DNA of 64,000 bases, taken from an uncultured Verrucomicrobiae bacterium. GTDB taxonomy: Bacteria; Verrucomicrobiota; Verrucomicrobiia; Chthoniobacterales; UBA10450. The translations under genes were made by a program, and so were the position numbers. Under the pieces are notes generated by a model. The model was not told the origin of the DNA. It made no database searches and saw only the letters and a list, made by a program, of their open reading frames with translations. Numbering within the stretch: position 1 is the first letter of the stretch; each line of letters opens with the position of its first letter. This document shows, piece after piece, positions 1-8,696 of this stretch. Location of the stretch: assembly GCA_963834385.1 (NCBI GenBank), contig CAWIBO010000002.1, positions 608,001 through 672,000 on the forward strand. The letters run 5' to 3'.

Positions 1-299
1 AGGACCAGCCGCCCCTGCCGGTCGGAGGAGCCATGCTGCGCGTGCGAGTGCAACTGGCGCAGAAACACCCGGCGTTCCCGCGCCGGGACCGAGGGTTCGC
101 TTTCCACCGCCGCGCTCACCCGGTTGAATTCCTCCGTCGGCATAAGGACGAGATATTGCTGCTGGGGCTCGGGCAGGATGATGAATTCCTCGCTCTCGCC
201 CCGGCGCCAGCGCGCGGGGATGGTGATCCGGTTTTTTTCGTCGATGGCGTGACGAAATTCGCCGGCGTAGGAAAAGGTAGAAAAAGTATCGGAAGCCAT
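1..299 (-). CDS. mraZ: MraZ division/cell-wall cluster transcriptional regulator (3' end outside window)
   Basis: Not in the ORF track. Manual minus-strand translation from ATG 299 gives MASDTFSTFSYAGEFRHAIDEKNRITIPARWR...SSDRQGRLV, with both DxKxR/DxQGR MraZ repeats. Confidence 0.93.
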   Translation of the reverse strand, partial: MASDTFSTFSYAGEFRHAIDEKNRITIPARWRRGESEEFIILPEPQQQYLVLMPTEEFNRVSAAVESEPSVPARERRVFLRQLHSHAQHGSSDRQGRLV

Positions 300-318
300 G
301 CGCCGGTGGGTTGTTGGA

Positions 319-371
319 CCATTTTACTCCACTTCGGCCCACTTTTAACCACCAGCGCCACCTGTGGTCAA
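319..371 (-). promoter_or_regulatory. MraZ operator (GTGG boxes at ~10-bp period) overlapping a putative sigma70 promoter
   Basis: Plus strand CCAT/CCAC at 319, 329, 339, 349 and 358 (GTGG on minus). TTGACC at 371-366 and TTAAAA at 348-343 with a 17-nt spacer. Confidence 0.75.
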
Positions 372-427
372 CACTATTTCCTCACTATTTGCGCCCCCTC
401 GCGCCCCCCTTACTTTCCCCTCACCCC

Positions 428-925
428 ATGCGTTTCCCTCTCGCTCTCCTCCCCCTCTTTGCCCTCGCCGTCGCGCCGCTCCCCGCGCAACTCCCCTACG
501 CCGCCCCCGCCAACGTCATGCGGGTCACCGTCACCATGAACACCGACGGTTCAAAAACGACCTACGAGACCGACCCGGTGGCGTTCAAGACCACCGCCAC
601 CACCACCGAACCGAACGGCGGGTTGCGCGGCCGCATTGTCTATCGGCTCGACGCCGCGGGCCGGTTCGCCGCCGGGGAAGTCTTTGGCCGCGACGGCCAG
701 CTCCGCTTCAAAACGGTCTACAAGTATAATAGCGCCGGTCAGCTCGAGGAGGAGAAGCAGTTTACCCCGGAGGAGAAGTTGATCGGGCGGATTGTTTACC
801 GCTACGACGCGGCGGGCAAACCGGCCGGCTACGCCTCGTTCGACGGCAACGGCCGGCCGACCGGGGGGTCCCCGGCGCCGGCGAAAGGGGCGGCGGGCTC
901 GCCCCGGCCGGGTGGTCGCCGCTAG
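428..925 (+). CDS. Secreted protein with YD-like beta repeats
   Basis: Signal peptide MRFPLALLPLFALAVA; repeats IVYRLDAAGR, TVYKYNSAGQ, IVYRYDAAGK. Confidence 0.65.
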   Translation: MRFPLALLPLFALAVAPLPAQLPYAAPANVMRVTVTMNTDGSKTTYETDPVAFKTTATTTEPNGGLRGRIVYRLDAAGRFAAGEVFGRDGQLRFKTVYKYNSAGQLEEEKQFTPEEKLIGRIVYRYDAAGKPAGYASFDGNGRPTGGSPAPAKGAAGSPRPGGRR

Positions 926-979
926 CCCGCCCGCTTCGCGGCTTGCTCCCCGGGGGAAAGGGGGCTAGAAACTTTTCGG

Positions 980-1645
980 ATGCTTGATTACATCCAGAAG
1001 GGCGGTCTGCTGATGTGGCCGATCCTGGCCTGCAGCGTCATCTCGGTCGCAATCTTTGCCGAGCGCCTTTTCTATTTTCATCGCGCCTCCATCCATGTGG
1101 GCGAGTTTTTGCAGGGTCTGGCCAACCTGCTTCGGCGCCGGAATTTTGCCGAGGCGCTGCACGAGTCGGCCGGAACGCCGGGCCCGGTGGCGCGGGTGAT
1201 CCACGCCGCCATCATCCATCACGAGGCGCCGCGAGGAGAACTGCGTGAGATTGTGCAGGAAGCGGGGCAACTGGAAGTGCCGCGGCTGGAACGTTACTTG
1301 AGCGTCCTGGCGACCCTGGCGTTTCTCACGCCGTTGCTCGGGCTCCTCGGAACCGTCTCGGGCATGATCGACGCCTTCAGCACCATCATGGCGCGCGGCG
1401 GTTACGCCACCGTGACCGAGCTTTCCGGCGGGATCTACCGGAGCCTGCTCTCGACCGCGGCCGGCCTGGTCGTGGCCACGCCCACCTTCGTGGCCTACAA
1501 TTATCTTTCCGCGCGCGTGAACCGGATGATGCACGACATGGAACGCGCCGGAATCGAGGTGGTGCATCTGCTCACGGAACGCGATCATCCCACGGACATC
1601 ATCTCCTTTACGCCCGCGCCGCGGGTGCGTGACGGGGAAAAATAA
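980..1645 (+). CDS. exbB: MotA/TolQ/ExbB proton channel protein
   Basis: GGLLMWPI N-terminal TM; PLLGLLGTVSGMI and GIYRSLLSTAAGL motifs. Confidence 0.9.
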   Translation: MLDYIQKGGLLMWPILACSVISVAIFAERLFYFHRASIHVGEFLQGLANLLRRRNFAEALHESAGTPGPVARVIHAAIIHHEAPRGELREIVQEAGQLEVPRLERYLSVLATLAFLTPLLGLLGTVSGMIDAFSTIMARGGYATVTELSGGIYRSLLSTAAGLVVATPTFVAYNYLSARVNRMMHDMERAGIEVVHLLTERDHPTDIISFTPAPRVRDGEK

Positions 1646-1656
1646 TTCCGGGGCGC

Positions 1657-2058
1657 GTGAAAATCGAACGCACAAGCCAGATTCATTTCGGCTGGCTCCT
1701 GCTGGTCCCGCTGATCGACATCCTTTTCCTGCTCATCGCCTTCCTGCTTCTCTCCTCGAACTTCCTTCTCCAGCCCGGCATTGCGGTAGCCGCCCCGGTT
1801 TCCTCCTTCCTGCTCGCCCCGCAGCCCAACCAGGAAATCATTTCGATCACCGGCGGCGCGCCCGCGGCAATTTACTTTCGCGACCAGCGCGTCACCACCG
1901 AACAGCTCCAACGCATGCTCGAGGAGACCCGCCAGGCCGGCCGGCCGGTCGTGATCAAGGCGGATCGCCTTGTCCCCTACGAGGAAGTGATGCGCATCAG
2001 CAACCTCGTCCTCTCGCGCGGGATCTCCTCGGTTTCCCTCGCCACCACCCCGCCGTGA
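1657..2058 (+). CDS. exbD: ExbD/TolR biopolymer transport protein
   Basis: VPLIDILFLLIAF TM with the conserved Asp; VIKAD motif; follows exbB. Confidence 0.88.
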   Translation: MKIERTSQIHFGWLLLVPLIDILFLLIAFLLLSSNFLLQPGIAVAAPVSSFLLAPQPNQEIISITGGAPAAIYFRDQRVTTEQLQRMLEETRQAGRPVVIKADRLVPYEEVMRISNLVLSRGISSVSLATTPP

Positions 2059-2834
2059 ATGCGCCCGCTTCCACGCCCCGGCCGGAAACGATCTTCCGCT
2101 GGGACCATCCGCGGCGACCCTGGGGCGTCGTTCTTCTTTTCCTGGCCGGCTCGCTCGCGGCCCACGCCTTCTGTTTTTATCTCTTCCGCATTTCCTATCC
2201 GCCGGCCATGCCGCTCCTGCCCGCGCCGGCCCGGCTGCAGGTGATCGACGGGAACACGGAGGAAGGCCGCGCCTTTCTTCGCTGGCTCGAAGCGGAGGAT
2301 CCGGCGCTTGCTTCCACCACCCTGCGGCCGCCCGGGCAGAAGGCCTTTGCTCTCCCCTCCCCGGCGCATCAACCCTCCTACGCGGGCCGTATCCCGTCGC
2401 TGCAACTCCCGGAATACGGCGCCGCCCCGGCCAGCGCCCGCCCCGATCCCTTCCCGCCGGGCCCGGTGCCGCGCCCTTCGCTTTCCCGTGCGCCCGCGCC
2501 GGTCGCCGGCCCCACCTCCATTCTGCTCGGACCGGAAGCCGGCGGAGAGCGCCGCCCAGCCGGTCGCGTTTTTGCCAGCGCGCACCCGGGCACGCCGGCC
2601 AACGCCCGCTTCCGCTTCGCCTTTGATAACCATGGGATCATCCGCCACATCTTTCGGGAGGAATCCTCCGGCGACGCCGCCCTCGACGAACAGGCCCGGG
2701 CGCTCCTCGTCGGGCTTCGCCTGCCCGCGTCCGCGCCGGGCCGGGAAACGCTCATCTGGTCGGAAGCGGTTTTCCTCTGGGGCAACGACCTCCAGCCGGC
2801 CCTGCCCGCCGCGCCACCGGTGGGGAAACCATGA
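2055..2834 (+). CDS. TonB/TolA-like energy transducer
   Basis: GTG start overlapping the exbD stop; TM with SLAAH motif; Pro-rich spacer; ESSGDAALDEQA TonB-C-like segment. Confidence 0.65.
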   Translation: MNAPASTPRPETIFRWDHPRRPWGVVLLFLAGSLAAHAFCFYLFRISYPPAMPLLPAPARLQVIDGNTEEGRAFLRWLEAEDPALASTTLRPPGQKAFALPSPAHQPSYAGRIPSLQLPEYGAAPASARPDPFPPGPVPRPSLSRAPAPVAGPTSILLGPEAGGERRPAGRVFASAHPGTPANARFRFAFDNHGIIRHIFREESSGDAALDEQARALLVGLRLPASAPGRETLIWSEAVFLWGNDLQPALPAAPPVGKP

Positions 2835-3070
2835 TTCCGGTCAGCCTTTCGCTGCTGGTGGCGGTTTACCTTTTCCTTTTCCTTGCGGCGGTTTTCCTCC
2901 TCTGGATATTCGACGAGTGGAACCGACGGCGGCACGAACGCCGGGCTCTTCGCTACCGATTGCGCTGCGTCATCTGCGCACTCGAGTTTGAAGATCGGTC
3001 GCCGGAATTGCTTCCGCGGTGTCCACGGTGCGGGAGCCTGAACGAACGTTTAAAACTGGAGCGAATTTAA
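2831..3070 (+). CDS. Small membrane-anchored Zn-ribbon protein
   Basis: N-terminal TM followed by CVIC...CPRC; ATGA overlap with the upstream gene. Confidence 0.7.
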   Translation: MIPVSLSLLVAVYLFLFLAAVFLLWIFDEWNRRRHERRALRYRLRCVICALEFEDRSPELLPRCPRCGSLNERLKLERI

Positions 3071-3071
3071 G

Positions 3072-4250
3072 ATGGGAATGTGGATCGGACGAAACAGAAA
3101 GGCGCGGGTCAGCTATGGCTTCGACGAGATTGCCCTCGTCCCCGGGCGCATCACGATTAACCCGAACGAGGTCAACACGACCTTCCGGATCCCCCGCAAA
3201 ACGGGCGACCCGCTCCAGCTCAAGATCCCGATCCTGGCCAGCGCCATGGATGGCGTGGTCGACGTCCGTTTCGCCATTGCCATGAGCCAGCTCGGCGGCC
3301 TCGCCGTCCTCAATCTCGAGGGCGTGCAGACCCGCTACAAAAACCCGCAGGAAGTGCTGCAAAAAGTGGTCGAGGCGGACAAGGCCGAGATCACCGCCCT
3401 GCTCCAGAAGATTTACCTGGAACCGGTCCAGCCGGATCTCATCGCCGCCCGCATCCGCCAGATCAAGGACGCCGGCGGCGTGGCCGCGGTCAGTTCCATC
3501 CCGCAGCGGGCCGACGAGTTCGGCGCCATCGCGCAGGAAGCGGGGGCGGATGTCTTCGTGGTGCAAAGCACGGTCTCGACCGTGAAACACATCTCCTCGG
3601 AGTACAAGTCGCTCGACCTCGCCAAATTCTGCCGGGAAATGCGCATCCCGGTCATTGTCGGCAACACGGTCGGCTATGACGTGACCTTCGAGATCATGGA
3701 ATGCGGCCCCGCCGCCGTCCTCATCGGGGTGGGTCCCGGCGCCGCCTGCACTTCGCGCGGCGTTCTTGGCCTGGGCGTGCCCCAGGTCACGGCCACGGTG
3801 GATTGCGCCGCCGCGCGCGACGCCTATTTCAAGAAGACCTCGCGCTACGTGCCGATCATCACCGACGGCGGCATGAGCAAGGGCGGCGACGTCTGCAAGG
3901 CGCTCGCCTGCGGCGCGGACGCGGTCATGGTCGGGAGCGCCTTTGCCAAGGCGCACGAGGCCCCGGGACAGGGCTATCACTGGGGCATGGCCACCCCGCA
4001 CGCCAATCTTCCCCGCGGCACCCGCATCAAGGTGGGGGCCACCGGGTCGCTCAAGCAGATTCTCTTCGGCCCGGCCGAGGTGGACGACGGCAGCCAGAAC
4101 CTGGTCGGCGCCATCACCACCTGCATGGGGAACGTGGGCGCCCGCGACCTGCCCGAGTTCCAGCAGACGGAAATCATCATCGCTCCCTCGATCAAGACGG
4201 AGGGGAAACTCTTTCAGACCGTGCAGAGCGTGGGGATGGGCACCCGCTAG
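3072..4250 (+). CDS. guaB: IMP dehydrogenase family protein (GuaB3 type, no CBS domains)
   Basis: SAMD, GVGPGAACTSR catalytic Cys, DGG, and HWGMA motifs. Confidence 0.9.
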   Translation: MGMWIGRNRKARVSYGFDEIALVPGRITINPNEVNTTFRIPRKTGDPLQLKIPILASAMDGVVDVRFAIAMSQLGGLAVLNLEGVQTRYKNPQEVLQKVVEADKAEITALLQKIYLEPVQPDLIAARIRQIKDAGGVAAVSSIPQRADEFGAIAQEAGADVFVVQSTVSTVKHISSEYKSLDLAKFCREMRIPVIVGNTVGYDVTFEIMECGPAAVLIGVGPGAACTSRGVLGLGVPQVTATVDCAAARDAYFKKTSRYVPIITDGGMSKGGDVCKALACGADAVMVGSAFAKAHEAPGQGYHWGMATPHANLPRGTRIKVGATGSLKQILFGPAEVDDGSQNLVGAITTCMGNVGARDLPEFQQTEIIIAPSIKTEGKLFQTVQSVGMGTR

Positions 4251-4260
4251 GAGAGGAAAC

Positions 4261-4299
4261 GCGGGTCCCGGCCGGGGCGCCGGGCGACCTGCTTTTGTT
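4261..4299 (+). terminator. Putative intrinsic terminator after guaB
   Basis: GCGGGTC-CCGGC...GCCGG-gc-GACCTGC hairpin followed by TTTTGTT. Confidence 0.45.
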
Positions 4300-4339
4300 C
4301 ATTGAATTTGCGCCCCGAGCATTGAACCTTGGCCTCGCC

Positions 4340-5596
4340 GTGAACACCAGGAACCGCAGAGTCGTCATCACCGGCATGGGCGTCATCACGCCCGTGGGCA
4401 ACGATCTCGCCCAGTTCTGGCACAGCATCGCCAACGGCGTCAGCGGCATCCGCCCGATCGACGCCTTCGACACCTCACAGTACGACTGCCGCATCGGCGG
4501 GCAGGTGCGCGACTTCAATCCGGCTCTCTATTTCAAGAACCCCAAGGATGTCCGGCGCACCGATCGGTTCGCCCAGTTCGGCATGGCCGCGGCCAAGCTG
4601 GCCCTGCAGGACAGCGGCGTGGAAATGGACAAGGTCCGGCGGGACCGCTTCGGCGTTCTCGTCAGCAGCGGCATCGGCGGCCTGAAAACGCTCGAGGACC
4701 AGCACACCACGCTCATGAACAAGGGACCGCAGCGTGTCTCCGCCTTCACCATTCCCATGCTGATCAGCAACATGGCCAGCGGGCTGATCTCGATGGAATA
4801 CGGGCTGGAAGGGCCGAACATGTGCATCGTCACGGCCTGCGCCACTTCCAACAACGCCATCGGGGAATCGTGGCGCATGATCAAATTCGGCGATGCCGAC
4901 ATTTTCCTCGCCGGCGGCTCGGAGGCCTCCATCATCCCGATCGGCCTCGCCGGGTTCAGCGCCATGAAAGCTCTCAGCACCCGCAACGACGAGCCGGAAA
5001 AAGCTTCCCGGCCCTGGGACCGCGACCGCGACGGTTTTGTCATGGGCGAAGGCGCCGGGGTGGTCGTGGTGGAGGAACTCGAACACGCCCGGGCCCGCGG
5101 CGCGCAAATCTATTGCGAGCTGAACGGCTACGGCCTTTCCTCCGATGCCTATCACATGACGGCGCCTCCTCCCGATGGCGGCGGCGCGGCCCGGGCCATG
5201 AAAATCGCGCTCGACCATGCCCACATCAACCCGACCGAGGTTGATTACGTGAACGCGCACGCCACTTCCACGGGACTGGGCGACGTGGCTGAGACCAAGG
5301 CGATCAAGACCGTCTTCGGCGAGCACGCCAAAAACGGGCTCAGCATCAGCTCAACCAAGTCCATGACGGGCCATCTTCTCGGCGGCGCCGGCGCGGTCGA
5401 GATGGCCGCCTGCGCCCTTGCGATCAAGCACGGCGTGGTGCCGCCGACGATCAACCTCGATAACCCGGACGAGCAATGCGACCTCGATTACACGCCACAC
5501 GTGGCGAAAGAGCGTGCGATTCGCGTGGCGGTGAACAATTCCTTCGGGTTCGGCGGGCATAACGCCACCCTCATCGTTTCGAAGTTCGAGGGCTGA
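4340..5596 (+). CDS. fabF: 3-oxoacyl-ACP synthase II
   Basis: GTG start; RRVVITGMG, TACAT (Cys), NAHATST, KSMTGHLLG and NSFGFGGHN motifs. Confidence 0.95.
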   Translation: MNTRNRRVVITGMGVITPVGNDLAQFWHSIANGVSGIRPIDAFDTSQYDCRIGGQVRDFNPALYFKNPKDVRRTDRFAQFGMAAAKLALQDSGVEMDKVRRDRFGVLVSSGIGGLKTLEDQHTTLMNKGPQRVSAFTIPMLISNMASGLISMEYGLEGPNMCIVTACATSNNAIGESWRMIKFGDADIFLAGGSEASIIPIGLAGFSAMKALSTRNDEPEKASRPWDRDRDGFVMGEGAGVVVVEELEHARARGAQIYCELNGYGLSSDAYHMTAPPPDGGGAARAMKIALDHAHINPTEVDYVNAHATSTGLGDVAETKAIKTVFGEHAKNGLSISSTKSMTGHLLGGAGAVEMAACALAIKHGVVPPTINLDNPDEQCDLDYTPHVAKERAIRVAVNNSFGFGGHNATLIVSKFEG

Positions 5597-5629
5597 GCCC
5601 CGCTCTTCCCGGCGGTTTCTTCCGCGACC

Positions 5630-6106
5630 TTATTTCGTGTCGGCGAAGATCGGCGCGCCTTCGATGTCGCTGGCATCGAACTTGAAGCCATGTCCGCCGC
5701 CGTTGGCCGCGAGCGTCTTCAGGAGCTGCGCCACGTTCTGCGCGGCGGAGGAAGAGTAAAACCGGACCAGGCCCACGGTGGTGCGCCGGCCAAAGACCGT
5801 GATCATGATCGTGTCGTCGTCGACCGAGTTCATGAAGATGTGATTGCCGTTTCCCTGGTGGTAAAGAGCGTTGAACTCCACCTCGCCGATCCGGCGGGCC
5901 AGTTCCTTGGTCGCGGCAAACGAACCCGCCGCGAGCGCAGCAATGATGGTCACGTCCATCACCGTCATGTCGCCAAACTGGGAGATGACGTTGCCGCCCC
6001 GGTCGATCACGACCGTCAGTTCCGCCTCCGCTTTCTTCAGGAAATCGCCGAGGACGCCGTCGAGCGTGGCGACATCCTCGATGGTCAGACAGGGAATCGC
6101 GTTCAT
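5630..6106 (-). CDS. mglB: Roadblock/LC7 protein, MglB-like GAP
   Basis: MNAIPCL start; VIDRGG, AALAAGSFAATKELARRIGE and TTVGLVR; overlaps mglA. Confidence 0.88.
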   Translation of the reverse strand: MNAIPCLTIEDVATLDGVLGDFLKKAEAELTVVIDRGGNVISQFGDMTVMDVTIIAALAAGSFAATKELARRIGEVEFNALYHQGNGNHIFMNSVDDDTIMITVFGRRTTVGLVRFYSSSAAQNVAQLLKTLAANGGGHGFKFDASDIEGAPIFADTK

Positions 6107-6753
6107 ACGCCGGCCCCCTGCCTGGTCCCGCTTTCCGCCCGGGGCGGACCGCTGGCGGCCTCCCCCTGCTTGCTGAACTTGTGCAGGAGCACCTGCGAGA
6201 CCGCATTGAGCGCGGCGAAAACATTCTGGCCCGTGCTCGAAACCACCTCGAAACTCTGCACCCGCCGTTTCCGGTTGTTCAGCACGTACTCCATGTAATT
6301 GACCGGCGCGATGTTCGGGAGATCGCGTTTGTTGTACTGGAGGACGTAGGGAATATCGTCGATCGAGACGTTCTGCTTGGCCAGGTTGTCCTCGAGATTC
6401 TTGAAGCTCTCGACGTTCTCCTCCATCTTTTCCCACTGCGAATCGGCCACGAAGACAATCCCGTCCACGCTCCGGAGCACGAGCTGGCGGGTGGCGTTAT
6501 AGATGACCTGGCCCGGCACGGTATAGAGCTGGAACTTGGTCACGAACCCCTTGATCACGACCGCGTTCAGCGGCAGGAAATCGAAGAAAAGGGTGCGGTC
6601 GGCCGCGGTGGCCAGAGACACAAGGTCGCCCCGGTTTTCCGGGCTGATGCGCTGGTGAATGTAACCGAGGTTGGTGGTCTTGCCGCACAGCGCCGGACCG
6701 TAATAGACGATCTTGAACTGAATTTCGCGGCTCGCGTAGTTAATGATGGACAT
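6103..6753 (-). CDS. mglA: MglA Ras-like GTPase
   Basis: KIVYYGPALCGKTT (G1), DRTLFFD (intrinsic Arg finger), TVPGQ (G3), NKRD (G4). Confidence 0.95.
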   Translation of the reverse strand: MSIINYASREIQFKIVYYGPALCGKTTNLGYIHQRISPENRGDLVSLATAADRTLFFDFLPLNAVVIKGFVTKFQLYTVPGQVIYNATRQLVLRSVDGIVFVADSQWEKMEENVESFKNLEDNLAKQNVSIDDIPYVLQYNKRDLPNIAPVNYMEYVLNNRKRRVQSFEVVSSTGQNVFAALNAVSQVLLHKFSKQGEAASGPPRAESGTRQGAGV

Positions 6754-8695
6754 GAGCAGTCTCCGGTTGCGAGTAGATCGCGGATAATTCCTTCACCATG
6801 GTGGCGAGCTCCTCGCGGATTCCCGTCGCGAGTTCACCGGCGGCATGCAGGGCGGCGAGGCAGATGTTTCCGTGCATGAAAAAGCTGACGGTCGAGGACG
6901 CGCCGTGCAGCGTCATCGCCTGAAATTCTCCGAAACGGGTCGCGACCATATGGGTGGCGACCTTCTGGAGCAGCGTTGGTGCCATCGCGCAAAGTCCTTC
7001 CGCCTCCAGTTCGTCGGGCAGGTTGCCCGCCAGGCTCAGGCCGTCCGCAAAGGAGATCGCGCAGGCTTTCACCCCGGCCAGCCCGCTCGCTTTCGCCACC
7101 ACTGCCTTGGCGTCCAGGCCCTCGGTTTTCGGCGCCGGGGCGGGCGTGGCCTTGGGGACGGGCTCGGTCGACGGCTTCTTTTCCGCCAGGACGGGCAGAG
7201 CCGGTTCTTTCGCGACGACCGGCTGGGTCGGCGAAGCCGTCAGCATCGGCGGCGTTTCCCGGGCGGGAGGAACGGGCGCGGGTGCCGCGGGCAGGCTCGG
7301 CTTCTCCACCTTCGGCGCGGGCGCAGCGGGAGCACCGCCACCGCTGAACCGCTTCGCATCCTCTTCGGCCGCGGCCGAGAACGGGGTGGCAAAGGTCTCG
7401 CCCTGGACCGATTCCTCCTGGTCGTCGCGCATTTTCAGCGTGGCCGAGGGGAGATTGATCAGGACTTCCTGCAACGGGAGCATGACCGGGGCGGAATTGT
7501 CCTCCGCGACAAAATATTCCCGGTATTCGGCAGGCAATCCCGCAGCGAAAACTTCCGGGGAAACCGAGATCTTTCCAGTCACCAGTTGCGGCTCGACCAG
7601 GGCGAGACCGATCTCAAACCTGGCTTCGGCCGGCACCGTGCCGGGATCACCTTTGCGCTGGAACTCGAGCAGATTCTCCAGCACCGCGCGCAGGCTGAGG
7701 GTGATCTTGCGGTCGTCCTTCGGCGCCGGGGTCAGGGCGACGGGCGCGGGCCCGGCTGCGTCGGCGCGCGGGCGCGCCGCCTCGCTCGGCGCCGCGATCT
7801 TGAAGGGAATGCGCGCCGGACCGCCGGCGGCCGCTTTTGAATCCACCGTTGGGACGGACGGCCCGCTCGAGGCTGGAACTATCTCGGGGGCGGACACGCC
7901 CGTCCCGTTCGGTGGAATTTGGAAAGCGATGCGCGTGGGGGCGGCCGGAGGATCGACCAGCGAAACGCGGCGCGGGGCGGCGGGAACGCTGGGTGCCTTC
8001 ACCTTGAGGGCGGCGGCGGCCGACTCCGGTTGTGCCTTGGCAATCGACTCGGCCGTGGCCGGCTCGAGGCAGACCGGCGGCATGTCCGAGGTCTCGATCG
8101 GCTCGTTCGGCAGCCCGAAACGTTTGTTGTCCTCGAGGGTCACATTCAGGAAGGGTGTTTCCACCTGCGGCACCATCTGGTCGCGGACCTGGTCGCGCCG
8201 GATCTTCATGTGCGAGAACGCCTCCAGCACTTTCTGGAACGGCAGCACGATCATGGTCGGGTCGGTCGGCGCGATCGTGCGCAGGAAAACTTCGGGCATC
8301 TGCCGGTGGATACTGGCGAGGGAGGCTTCCGGTTTGCCCGCGGCCATTCCCTTCTCGACTTCCGCGGCCTTGAACAGGACCGGCCGTTTCCGGTCGAGAC
8401 TTTCGATGGGCTTGGCCACGCCTTCCGGGAAAAGGGGATGTATCTCGGAGAGCGGAAGGGAGAGAACGCGCTCCACCCGCGGCTCGAGCGCGAGGGCCAC
8501 GGCCGGCGGAATGCCGCGTGATTCCTGGGCGCGCCCTTCGCCGTTTTCGCCGGGAGGACGAACCGCGCTGGGGAGGACGGTCTTGCTCAGCCGTTCGCTT
8601 TCCGGCTTGGTCGCCACGAGCGGCGGCGGAGGCTCCGCCACGGCCGCCGCGGTCTTCGGGCCGCGCTTGAAGAGATGCAGAAAGGGGATCGTCAT
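6740..8695 (-). CDS. Pro/Ala-rich protein with two internal repeat domains and a C-terminal roadblock/LC7 domain
   Basis: C-terminus GVKACAISFADGLSLAG...LCAMAP...LAALH is roadblock-like; duplicated LPxQxVL..KxRxDQ..TPF..EDxKRF. Confidence 0.7.
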   Translation of the reverse strand: MTIPFLHLFKRGPKTAAAVAEPPPPLVATKPESERLSKTVLPSAVRPPGENGEGRAQESRGIPPAVALALEPRVERVLSLPLSEIHPLFPEGVAKPIESLDRKRPVLFKAAEVEKGMAAGKPEASLASIHRQMPEVFLRTIAPTDPTMIVLPFQKVLEAFSHMKIRRDQVRDQMVPQVETPFLNVTLEDNKRFGLPNEPIETSDMPPVCLEPATAESIAKAQPESAAAALKVKAPSVPAAPRRVSLVDPPAAPTRIAFQIPPNGTGVSAPEIVPASSGPSVPTVDSKAAAGGPARIPFKIAAPSEAARPRADAAGPAPVALTPAPKDDRKITLSLRAVLENLLEFQRKGDPGTVPAEARFEIGLALVEPQLVTGKISVSPEVFAAGLPAEYREYFVAEDNSAPVMLPLQEVLINLPSATLKMRDDQEESVQGETFATPFSAAAEEDAKRFSGGGAPAAPAPKVEKPSLPAAPAPVPPARETPPMLTASPTQPVVAKEPALPVLAEKKPSTEPVPKATPAPAPKTEGLDAKAVVAKASGLAGVKACAISFADGLSLAGNLPDELEAEGLCAMAPTLLQKVATHMVATRFGEFQAMTLHGASSTVSFFMHGNICLAALHAAGELATGIREELATMVKELSAIYSQPETAHVHH

Positions 8696-8696
8696 C

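Noticed and set aside
3701..4339. N-terminal extension of FabF (631-aa ORF)
   Set aside because: Overlaps guaB in another frame; FabF homology begins at GTG 4340.
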